A DNA stretch of 64,000 bases, taken from positions 224,001-288,000 of the forward strand of contig CAWHHI010000020.1 in the NCBI GenBank assembly GCA_963829055.1, in the 5' to 3' direction. Source of the DNA: an uncultured Gemmatimonadaceae bacterium (GTDB lineage: Bacteria > Gemmatimonadota > Gemmatimonadetes > Gemmatimonadales > Gemmatimonadaceae). A program made the translations under genes and the position numbers. The notes beneath the pieces are model-generated. The model saw only the letters and a list, made by a program, of their open reading frames with translations. It did no database searches and was not told the origin of the DNA. Positions 54,479 through 64,000 of the stretch are shown one piece after another. Numbering within the stretch: position 1 is the stretch's first letter; each line of letters opens with the position of its first letter.

Positions 54479-55560
54479 GCACCTGTGCTCGAGAAAGCAG
54501 TGGCGCCGATGCCGATTCTGCTATTGGCGCGTCGACAGCGACGAGTCGGCCTGACCGCGCCGATTGCTCGGCGGCTTCGACGACGGCGATCGTGCGGAGA
54601 CCGTCCGTCAGGCTCGGGGTCGCCGGCGTTCGGTCGGTGATGGCCTGGACGAACGCTGACATCGCCGATGGAAATGACGGGTCGTGCATGGGTGAGCGCA
54701 GCTTGCGGATGGCGTAAGGCAAGGCGCGCATCTCGCCAGCGAAGCGCGTCGCCGCCACACCGAGCGTACCGCTGGCGCTCGCCGGTGTCACTTCGACGCG
54801 GAGAGAGCGATAGCGATCGATGGTGAGGCGGCCAGCCGAACCGTGGAGCTCGATGCGGTCGTCGTCGATGGTGCCGAGAGAGCACATCATCTGCTCCGAC
54901 ACACCCGCTCGTTAGGCCGAGTTGTAGTGCCGCTGTGTCGTGCTCGGATTGGATGGAGCGAACGTCGGCGCTCACGTGTGCGATCTCCGTATCGAGCAGA
55001 AAGCGAACGAGGTCGATGTGATGCACGGCAAGATCGAGCAGCACGCCGCCACCGCTCTCGCGCCGCTGCTTCCACGCAGGGGTCGAGCGTTTCGGGGTCG
55101 CGAACACCGTGCGGATGCTCACCGGTGTGCCTATCGCGCCACTCGCGATTGCTGCGCGGGCTTCGACAACGAGGGGGTTGTAGCGATAGTTGAATCCCAT
55201 CATCGCCGTGAGCCCGCCTTGCCGCCACGCGTCGAGGACGCGAGTGGCGTCGGCGACACTCGTGGCAAGTGGCTTCTCGACGTAGACGTGTTTTCCTCGT
55301 TCGAGCGCCGCTACGGCGGCATCCGCATGGAGCATCGGTGGGAGCGCGATGATGACCGCGTCCACGTCCGACATCTCGAGCACGGCGCCGTAGTCGGCGA
55401 CGGCGCGGGCTTCGGGGGCGAGGGGTCGGGCGGCGTCGAGGTTCGCTGGCGATGTGTCCGCGAGGGCGATCACGCGCCCCCCGCGGATGCGAGAGAGCGA
55501 GCGAAGGTGCGCGGCGCGCGAGATGGCGCCACAACCGAGAATACCGAGCCGGACCGACAT
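54462..55560 (-). CDS. Gfo/Idh/MocA oxidoreductase; frameshift near 54900
   Basis: LGILGCGAI, DAVIIALP, GKHVYVEKPL, GFNYRY, GGGVLLDLAVHHIDL. Confidence 0.92.
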
Positions 55561-55685
55561 GTCGTAAGCTAGCAAGGGACCTTGTCATCCGCCTGTGCGT
55601 GGCCGCACATTGGGGCAGGAGTCGACGGGCAGCCGGAGGCTCGATTACCCGTCGCGTCTGGCGTTAGGCCCTGGCCCTCTTTCGA

Positions 55686-56165
55686 ATGGCCCGCGCGCTC
55701 ACCTACCCTTCCCCGTTCGAAGAATCGCGAGTCGCGCGCCTGGCCAAGCGCGTGTTGCTGGCGAGCATCGTGGTCCAACTCCCCATCGGCGCGATGTCGA
55801 GCTACCGCGCGTGGGTGCAGATCAAGGACCTCACGCTGACGACGACGAGCGCCGTGATCGCACCCGGTGTGGTGGTCCGCGCGGATCTCGTGAGCTGGGC
55901 GCGTACGGAGTCGGACGCCCGCATCGAGCTCGTTCAGGGGCGGCACGTCGAGATGCTCGGCGAGGTCTACCTGCACCGCAACCACGAGCCGGTGTTCGAC
56001 CCGCGACCGCGGCACGGCGCCGTGGTCGTGATGATCCGTCCGGCGCACCTCGCGGGCTTCTCGACCGGCCCCGCGACGCTGCGCGCGAGCGCGGTCGGCC
56101 GTCCGCAGTGGCTCCGGGTGCCTCCCCCGACGCTGCGCGAGCAGGCGGTCACGATCCGCCCGTAG
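55686..56165 (+). CDS. Hypothetical protein with N-terminal membrane anchor
   Basis: 159-aa ORF with coding-like codon use; no family recognised. Confidence 0.6.
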   Translation: MARALTYPSPFEESRVARLAKRVLLASIVVQLPIGAMSSYRAWVQIKDLTLTTTSAVIAPGVVVRADLVSWARTESDARIELVQGRHVEMLGEVYLHRNHEPVFDPRPRHGAVVVMIRPAHLAGFSTGPATLRASAVGRPQWLRVPPPTLREQAVTIRP

Positions 56166-56207
56166 ACCGTCGTCGCGCGAGTCCAGTCCCCGCCCGTCAG
56201 CCTGCCC

Positions 56208-56804
56208 GTGACTGAATCCCGTCAGCTCCTCCAGCACTTCCTCGCCGCACTCGCGTATCGCACGCAGAAGGCCGTGCGTGGTGCGCCCGATACATTCGCG
56301 GATTTTCGCATCGGTCCCACGAGCCGCACGCCGAAGGAGCTCGTGTGGCACATGACCAGCGTCATTGGCTATGCCCGGACGATGTTCCACGGCGGGCGCT
56401 TCACTCCGCCGGATCTTCCGACGTTCGCCGACCACGTCAACCGCTTCCACGAGACACTCGAAGCACTCCGTGCCGATTTCGGTGACGAGTCGCTCACCGC
56501 ACGCATCACGGATCAGCAGTTCCTCCAGGGACCGTTGTCGGACGCGATGACGCACGCGGGCCAGCTCGCGATGCTCCGCCGACTCGTCGGATCGCCCGTG
56601 CCGTCCGAGAACTTCATCTTCGCGGACGTGCGCCGCGAGAACGTCTCGGCTGCTCAACCGGAGCCGGCCGCGCCGGACGAGTGGTGGCGGGCGGACGATG
56701 CTCCTCGACCGCCGGGGGCGTTCAAGAGCGCCAGCGACGACAGGGTGGCGGACCGAACCGAGGCGCCAGGCAGTCTCGCGCAGGATCGTCGGCTTCCACA
56801 CTGA
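56208..56804 (+). CDS. DinB/YfiT-like protein
   Basis: HFLAALAYRTQKA, RTPKELVWHM, LQGPLSDAMTHAGQLAMLRRL, PSENF. Confidence 0.72.
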   Translation: MTESRQLLQHFLAALAYRTQKAVRGAPDTFADFRIGPTSRTPKELVWHMTSVIGYARTMFHGGRFTPPDLPTFADHVNRFHETLEALRADFGDESLTARITDQQFLQGPLSDAMTHAGQLAMLRRLVGSPVPSENFIFADVRRENVSAAQPEPAAPDEWWRADDAPRPPGAFKSASDDRVADRTEAPGSLAQDRRLPH

Positions 56805-56982
56805 CGACGTCGGCGACTGGGTGGCGGATCTCGAGTGCGGACATTCCCAACACGTGCGGCACGATCCGCCGTGGCAGAACCGTCCGTGGGTCGTGACGCC
56901 TGAAGGGCGGGCGCACTATCTCGGAACGGAGCTCCGCTGCGTCGTGTGTCTCGAGAGCGGTATCGATCGGCCGAAGCGTTAG
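56698..56982 (+). CDS. DUF3565 family protein; start uncertain
   Basis: IVGFHTDDVGDWVADLECGHSQHVRHDPPWQNRPWV..EGR..LG..L.C..C. Confidence 0.85.
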   Translation: MLLDRRGRSRAPATTGWRTEPRRQAVSRRIVGFHTDDVGDWVADLECGHSQHVRHDPPWQNRPWVVTPEGRAHYLGTELRCVVCLESGIDRPKR

Positions 56983-57558
56983 GTGGCTCGGGAGCAGCGC
57001 ATCATCCTCGTTCGCCACGGTCGGTCGGCGCACATCGAGAGCCCGGGCTGGATCGACGTGGACGGCGTGCATCGCTGGCAGGGGGCGTACGACGACGCCG
57101 GAATTCTCGCCGAGAGTGTGCCGCCGAGAGCGCTCGTCGATGTCGCCGCCAGCGCGGAGTGCCTGATCACCAGCGACATGCCTCGCGCGCTCGCATCCGC
57201 GGAGCGGCTCGCGCCGGGGAAAGTCGCTCGCGTGTCGCCGCTGCTTCGCGAGATGCACCTCGAGGTTCCGCGCTGGGTGCGCGCGCGATGGCCCCTGCCG
57301 GTGTGGGCGGTGTGCATCCACCTGCACTGGCTCGTCCGGGAGCGGCGTGGGGAGATCGCTGCTCCGTCGGAACTGCAGCGTGCCGCGGACGCGGTCGCCC
57401 TGCTCGACGATGCGTCGCGTGAGGCAGGGACGGTGGTCGCGGTGACTCACGGCGCGTTCCGGCGGCTACTCGCGCTGCAACTCGTGGCGGCCGGCTGGCG
57501 AGCCGAACGTCGAGTGGGTGGCTATCAGAACTGGAGCTCGTGGCCGTTCAGCCGCTAG
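56983..57558 (+). CDS. Histidine phosphatase (phosphoglycerate mutase-like) family protein
   Basis: IILVRHG, TSDMPRALASA, LLRE, VAVTHG. Confidence 0.82.
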   Translation: MAREQRIILVRHGRSAHIESPGWIDVDGVHRWQGAYDDAGILAESVPPRALVDVAASAECLITSDMPRALASAERLAPGKVARVSPLLREMHLEVPRWVRARWPLPVWAVCIHLHWLVRERRGEIAAPSELQRAADAVALLDDASREAGTVVAVTHGAFRRLLALQLVAAGWRAERRVGGYQNWSSWPFSR

Positions 57559-57560
57559 GG

Positions 57561-57726
57561 TGTCATTCCGAGCGGAGGCCGAAGGCCGCGGGTGCCCTCG
57601 GGCGCATGAGGAATCGCGATCATACGGGTAGAGGGGCCCCTCTATCGGGACGATCGCGATTCCTCATGCGCCCACTTCGTGGGCACCCGGCTGCGCTCGC
57701 TCGGAATGACACCCGCTCGGAATGAC
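57561..57726. repeat. Family B copy 8
   Basis: Arms plus GTAGAGGGGCCCCTCTA; between convergent genes. Confidence 0.9.
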
Positions 57727-60639
57727 TACCGCCTCGGCTCCGGGTGGACCGTGATCGGCTGCGTGAGGGTCTTGCCGTTCGCGGTCAGACGAACCGTGTA
57801 GTTGCCGACGATTGGCGGCGCCTCGGCCGCACCCCGCCCGCCGCCACCACCGCCGAATCCGCCAGTCGGCGTGAGGTTCCACGCGACGCGGTGCATGCCC
57901 GCCGCGCTCGACATCGGCTCGGGCGCCTGACGCCACAGGGGCGACGTGTTGGGAATGCCGCCTGGGCGTCCGCCGCCGAATCCACGGCCTGCCGGCTGTT
58001 GCTGGCGGGACGGGTCGGTGGAGTAGGTCGCCACGACCGCGTTGGCCGAGTCGAGGATCTCCACGGTCACAGGACCGCTGGCGGGCGATCGGAGGTAGTA
58101 GTCGATGTACGCGGCGTTAGGCGGGTTCGGCGCCTGCGGCTCGTCCTTCTGGAGCGGCGTGCCGTTGTCGCCACCCTGCTGGACGTTGATCGCATCCGAC
58201 GGCTTGAACAGGTAGACGTCCGCCTTCGCGATCTCGTCGCTCGCCTGACGCAGCACCGCGATGTCGTCGATGACCCAGAAGCCGCGCCCGTGCGTCGCGA
58301 CGATGAGGTCGTTCTCGTAGATCTCGAAGTCGCGCACGGACGTGACTGGGAGATTGAGCTGCAGCGGTTGCCAGCTGTCGCCATCGTCGAACGACAGGAA
58401 TGCGCCGCGCTCCGTTCCCGCGAACAGCAGTCCCTTTCGCTTGGGATCTTCCTTGACCGTGTGCACGTAGACGCCAGCCGGCAGACCGTTCGTGATCTTC
58501 TGCCAGCTCTTCCCCAGGTCGCGCGTGCGGTAGATGTACGGGTCGAAGTCCTGGAGCTGATGGCGGTCGACGCTCGCGTACGCCGTGTTCGCGTCGAAGT
58601 GGGACGCCTCCATCATCGTAACACGGCTCCATGCCGTGACGGCGTTAGGCGTCACGTTCTGCCACGTCGCGCCGTCATCAGGCGAGACCTGAATCAGGCC
58701 GTCGTCGGTGCCGATCCAGAGCAGCGGCGCGCGAAGCGGTGACGGCGAGATGGTGTAGATGACGCCGCGTTTTCCGTTGCGGTCCGTGTGCGCGGCGGCT
58801 GCGGCGTCGAGGTTCGACGGGACGCCGGGGTCGGGCCGCGTCAGGTCGTCGCTGATCCGCGTCCACGTCTGTGCGCCGTCCGTCGTCTTGAACAGGAACT
58901 GATTCGCGTAGTAGAGCGCGTGCGGGTCCGCCATCGAGAACACGAGCGGCTGCGTCCAGTCGTTGCGCGCCTGCTCGGGCGCCTGCGGCGCAGTCGTGCC
59001 GCGAACCGCGGTGTTCGTCTCGAGGTTCCAGCGCGTGCCGGTGCCGCCGAAGATGATGCCGGGATTGAGCGGATCGCCCGCGGTCATGCCACTCTCGCCA
59101 CCCGCACCGATCGGCTCCCAGTCTCGCATCGAGATCTCGGCGAACTTGCCGCGCGACCGCACGGCGACGGCGCCCGAGTCCTGCTGCGCGCCCGTCACCC
59201 AGTACGGGAAGCGGCGATCGACCGAGAGATGATAGATCTGCGCCGTCGGCTGATTCAGCCACGAGCTCCACGTCACGTCGTGCGGGTCGTCCGCACGAGC
59301 GTTGCGCGTGATGATCGCGCCCTGATCGCTGGCGACGATCATCGTGTTCGTGTCGTCCGGCGAGATCCACGCCTGGTGGTAGTCGTCGCCACCGGGCGAT
59401 CCGCGCAGCGCAACCCATGTCTTGCCGCCGTCGTGCGTGCGGCTGACCGAGACGTTAGGCACGTAGACCGTGTCGGCGTCCTTCGGGTCGACGACGAGCT
59501 TCTCGAAATACCAGCCGCGCCCCCAGAGCGCGGGATCGCCCGACATCTTCGTCCACGTCGCGCCGGCGTCGTCGGAGCGGAAGAATCCACCCTGCCCCGG
59601 CGGCGCCTGCGCTCCACCTCGCCCGCCGCCTGCGCCGGCTGGCGGCGCGGCCGGCGCGCGGCGCGTTAGGATCGGGAACGAGACAATCGACCACCGCGTA
59701 CAGGCGCCGCGGATTGCTCGGCGCGACGGCGATGCCGCTCCGCCCGATCCCCTCCTTCGGCAGGCCGGTGGTGAGTTGCGTCCACGTCGTACCGCCATCG
59801 GTGCTCTTGAAGATGCCGCCGCCCGGCCCGTTCGTCGGGGCGTACGTGTACCACGGCGGACGGCGCGTATTCCACAGACACGCGTACACGACGCGCGAGT
59901 TCGTCGGATCGATCACGACGTCCACGGCGCCGACGTCGTTGTTCTTGAACAACACCTTGCGCCACGTCTTGCCGCCGTCGGTCGACTTGAAGACGCCGCG
60001 GTCGGCGTTAGGTGCGTAGAGGTGCCCGATCGCGGCGACGAACACGATGTTCGGGTTCTTCGGGTCGACGGCGATCTTGCCGATGTGCTGCGTCTCGTCG
60101 AGTCCGAGATGCGTCCAGTGCTTGCCGGCATCGGTGGACTTGTAGACGCCGTTGCCGTACCCGACCGAATCACGAAGCGTCGACTCGCCGCTTCCGACGT
60201 AGATGGTGTCCGGGGCCGACGGCGCGACCGCAAGCGCGCCGATGGACGCGACGGGCTGCCCGTCGAAGATCGGCGTCCACACTCGGCCTGCGTCGATGGA
60301 CTTCCAGACGCCGCCGTTCACGGACCCGAAGTAGAACTCGTTAGGCCTCCCCGGGACACCGCTCACGGCGTCGACACGACCACCGCGGAAGGGGCCGAGC
60401 ATGCGCCACCGGAGGCCGGAGAACAGCGTGGCCATCTCGTCGGATGACGGACCGGTCGACCCGCCGACTCGGGTTCCGGATGGAACGAGCCCGCGCGCAA
60501 CGGACGGTCCGAACATCGAGACGGCGCCGCCGATCTGGGCGGCGCGAACGAGGAATCCGCGCCGCGACACTTCGCTGTCTGAAGACAGGATGGCGTCGGA
60601 TGTGGTTTCGGAATCCGTCTCATCGCGCTCGTCGCTCAC
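57726..60639 (-). CDS. Tat-exported BNR/Asp-box (VPS10/sialidase-like) glycosyl hydrolase; frameshift near 59670
   Basis: SRRGFL Tat motif; WRMLGPFRGGR; many SxDGGxTW Asp-boxes; GGDDYH; DLIVATHGRGFW. Confidence 0.9.
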
Positions 60640-60688
60640 GTTCCCTCCAACATAGTGGTATTGCTAGACAGCTTTGGGAAAAAAGAAG

Positions 60689-60880
60689 AACAACAAACAG
60701 CAACAGCAGGACAGGATGGCCAGGATTGGCAGGATTACAGGATGACTGCCACACCTCGAGCGGCGACTCGGCGGGGCCTAACGAATGAAGGAACACATCT
60801 CGGAGCCTCTGTTCAATCCTGTCCATCCTGCCAATCCTGTCATGTAGTTGCCGTTGCAGTTGCAGTTGCCGTCATCCTGC
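60689..60880. repeat. Family D gene-less element 2
   Basis: AACAGC repeats, GACAGGATGGCCAGGATTGGCAGGATT, same core and right arm as 35158-35412, then a GTTGC(A/C) tract. Confidence 0.85.
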
Positions 60881-60894
60881 CCTGCAGTTGTCGA

Positions 60895-62140
60895 CTACTT
60901 CTTGAGCGTCGCGCCCGTGAGCTGCGCGATGGCGCTCAGGGTCGTCTGCGCCGCGTTCATGCCGAGCAGAAAGTCCTTGTCGCTGTACGTCGTGAACACG
61001 TCGGTCGGCTGGTGCCAGTTCGGATCCCAACCAGCGCCGATCTCGCGACCACGCTCGTTCTCCCGCAGACTGATCGACGGGATCAGGTCCTGGAATGGCG
61101 CGCTGTCCGTGTTCGTCATGTGCGGACCCACCTGCGCCGGATAGTCCGTCGCGTACTTCTCGTTCGCGGAGTGGAGGATCCAGGCGAGCTTCTGCGACGC
61201 CCTCGGACATCTTCGAGTTCGACTGGAACTCGATGTTCACGTCCGCCTCCGGGCGCTGCTCCTTGCTCACCGTGCCGTCAGCGCGGGGCATGCCGTGATC
61301 CCACATCATCATGTCGTGCTGGATCATGCCGAGCCACTTGGGCTCCGGATATTTCTTCGATCCCGCCGGCGATTCCTTGCCCTGCAGCGCCTGGCGTTGT
61401 TCGACGTACGCGCGCGCGCCGTTGAGGCCCGTCTCCTCGTTGTTCCAGAGGATGAAGCGGATCGAGCGGTCGGTCTGCACATCCGGGCTGCTGAAGACCC
61501 GCGCGAGCTCCATCACGATCGCCGTTCCGGAGCCGTCGTCGTTCGCGGCCTCGCCCCAGCCGTGACCGTCCATGTGGCCACCGACGATGTACATCTCCTC
61601 CGGGTGCGTCGTGCCGACCTTCGTGCAGTACACCTCCTGGCGCTCTCCGGGCGTCGTCGGCTCCATGTTGATCGCCCGGATCTGCGGGTCGGGCTGCGCC
61701 AGCGAATCGGTGTTCACGCCAGTGCGAGCACGATTGCCGCGGAGACGTCCGCCGCCCGACGCCTGGGTGCTCCGAGCCGCCGCCGCGCGCCGTGCCGCAA
61801 TGGCCGCACTGTCCTGCGGCTGTGGTGGGCGCTGTCCGCCCGCCGCGGGCTGATAGTCGTACTTGATGCGCTCGGTGTTCGTGCAGCCGTAGCTCTTGAG
61901 CTGCGCCTCGATCCAGTCGACCGCGTCCCGGTTGCGCTTCGTGCCCTGCCGGCGGTCGCCGAACTGCGTGAGGCCCTTCACCGTCGCCTTGTATTTCGCC
62001 AGCTCGAGGCGGCTGACCATGGCGCGTATGGGGTCATTCGCGGTATCGGCCGGCGCATTGGCGCCGCCCTGCGCGAAGACGGGTGTGCCGAGGATGGCGA
62101 CCAACGACCAGGCCGCAACGATCGGGGATTTCACTCGCAT
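60895..62140 (-). CDS. Secreted M28 family peptidase; frameshift near 61200
   Basis: IVGGHMDG, AANDDGSG, WNNEETGLNG, MIQHDMM, NTDSAPF, PNWHQPTD. Confidence 0.88.
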
Positions 62141-62326
62141 GAATTTCCTGTTAGGCAACGGGTGAACGGGTGAGCGGGAGATGATAGCGCACGTGAAGCG
62201 CTTCGTCATGCTGGCGACAGCTACGCCGGTCTAGGTTGAGCAAAAAGACCGGCGAACTCAGCTCAAGTACGCTGTCTCGAGGCGGCACGTTGGGGCAGAG
62301 TCCGGCGCAGACGGGGAGGAAATGGC

Positions 62327-62478
62327 TGTCATTCCGAGCGGAGGCCGCAGGCCGCAGTCGAGGAATCCTACGCGTGCCGGTAGAGGGGCCCCTCTACCCG
62401 GACACCGACGATTCCTCATGCGCCCACCTGCTGGGCACCCGCGCTCGCTCGCCGAATGACAACCGCGCTCGGAATGAC
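62327..62478. repeat. Family B copy 9
   Basis: Arms plus GTAGAGGGGCCCCTCTAC; overlaps the next gene's start. Confidence 0.9.
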
Positions 62479-63281
62479 GCTCATCCTGTCGGCGTGCGCG
62501 CACGGCGACCAGCCAACCCACGTCGCGCGCGACCCCTGGCTCCGCGCCCAGCCGCTCTTCCTTTATTCAGCCGCCGACACGACGCGACCACCGCGCGCCG
62601 TGATCTTCTTCTTCGGGAACGACATCGGATTCTGGCAGCCACACCGCCAACTCGCCGGCTCCCTCGCACAATCGCAGTACGCCGTCGCCGGCTTCGACAT
62701 GCGCTCACTCCTGCGAACACTCCCGGAGCGCCACCCCGCGCGAGACAGCGCCTTCGCCCTGGCCATCCGTCCGCTCATCGCGCGGGCGCGACACGAGCTC
62801 GGTGGCGACTCCGTTCCACTCATCATCGCCGGCCACTCGATCGGAGCAGAGCTTGCGATCTGGACTGCGGCCCACGCGCGACCCGCAGGTACGACCGCGG
62901 TGCTCGCCATGTCGCCGGGCTCACGCAGTCATCTCCAGAGTATCGCTGAGCGACATCATGAACGGACCGGAGCCTACCGGACCAGATAGCTACACGGTCG
63001 CCGACGCCGTCGCCGCTGTCCCATGCGACGAGCGCGTCGCTATCGTCCGCGGCACCCGCGACCGGTACGTCAAAGCCGACTCGGCGCTCATTGCCGCGGG
63101 CGGCGACCGCGTCCGACGATTCCTCGTTCCGCTCGCGGGCCATTCACTGAAGCGGCTGGCGATCGCGGGCTTCGAGACGAAGCGGGCGCTCGACTGGCTG
63201 CTCGCGACTCCGCTGACGGTCGTTAGGCAGGCGGCGGGCGATTCGCTGTCGCGCGCTCCGGGTCCTCCGCCTCCGCGGTGA
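62456..63281 (+). CDS. AcvB/VirJ-like alpha/beta hydrolase lipoprotein; frameshift near 62940
   Basis: Lipobox LSAC; IFFFGNDIGFW, VAGFD, IAGHSIGAE (GxSxG), PLAGHS. Confidence 0.65.
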
Positions 63282-64000
63282 CCGCCGGCGTCTGCCGCGC
63301 GATGGTCGTGCCGGTCACGCAGATCGCCAGCCACGCCGTGCCCGCCGCGAATCCGCCGAGGACGTCCGTCGGAAAGTGGACGCCAAGGTAGATGCGACTC
63401 ACGCCGACGAGCAGCGCGAGGACCGCAGCCGAAAGGATGATGTAGCGTCGCTGTACGCGCCGCGGCCGCCAGTGGGTCGCGAGCATGTACGCCAGCATGC
63501 CGTACCCGATGGTGGCGGCCATCGTGTGTCCGCTCGGGAAGCTGAACGACATGACGTGCAGCCGCTCCATTGCCAGCGGTGGCCGGCTACGATGCACGAG
63601 CAGCTTGAGCAGCTTGTTGACCAGCACCCCGCCGACGAACGCCGACAGCCAGCACACCAGGAACAGTCGCCGGCGCTCGCGCCAGAGGACGAACGCTCCC
63701 GCGGCCGCAATCAGCGGGAATCGCGGGAACGTCACCGAGCCGCGTGATGAGCCCGAAGACGCGTAGACCGAGCGGCGTGACGCGGCCATCCACCCACGTC
63801 ATGCGCCGCCACGTCGAAGCGCACGACGGCCGCGTTGTCGAGCACCTCCTCGAGCAGCGCGCCGAACAGCCAGAGCGCGAGTGCCGCGACGCCGAGGCCG
63901 ACGGTCACGTGCAATCCCAGGTAGGCTTTGGGATCCAGGCGGGCCGCGACGAACCGCGCGACGCCAGCAAAGCGACCGGCGGGACGCGTTCGGGTCGGAT
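63223..64000 (-). CDS. PAP2 family membrane phosphatase; frameshift near 63795, start beyond the right edge
   Basis: KLLVHRSRP, SFPSGH, SRIYLGVHFPTDVLGG; upstream frame YLGLHVTVGL..LFGALLEEV. Confidence 0.9.

Noticed and set aside
4675..62478. Repeat families A-D as a CRISPR array
   Set aside because: Copies are dispersed and palindromic, with no regular repeat-spacer period and no cas genes.
1..64000. Stop-codon reassignment or telomere-like TTAGG arrays
   Set aside because: TAG, TGA and TAA all end genes at family-typical positions, and GTTAGG occurs singly, never in tandem.

Overview
High-GC bacterial chromosomal window with about 45 coding regions and no rRNA, tRNA, CRISPR array, transposase or integrase that I can recognise. 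Gene content suggests Gemmatimonadota or a similar soil lineage (inference): ADOP permeases with PadR, Hanks-type Ser/Thr kinases, a DUF1592-DUF1552-ankyrin triad, DUF5916, UPF0182 and many secreted hydrolases. Many genes carry 1-bp frameshifts, very densely at ~28.4-35.0 kb; these are most likely long-read consensus errors. The most unusual signals are non-coding or sub-genic. (1) A non-palindromic octamer GCCTAACG/CGTTAGGC occurs about 47 times by hand count (core CCTAAC/GTTAGG about 70 times), on both strands and mostly inside genes where it forces rare codons. (2) There are at least four families of dispersed palindromic elements: two REP-like families (A, 4 copies; B, 9 plus 1 partial), a ~370-580 bp multi-hairpin element (C, 3 copies, one interrupted by a B copy), and a CAGGAT 9-mer family (D) that both brackets a GxxExxY PD-(D/E)XK gene and occurs as two gene-less copies. 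A four-helix-bundle gene is similarly bracketed by inverted heptamer repeats. All family assignments are from motif recognition by eye; no database search was run.
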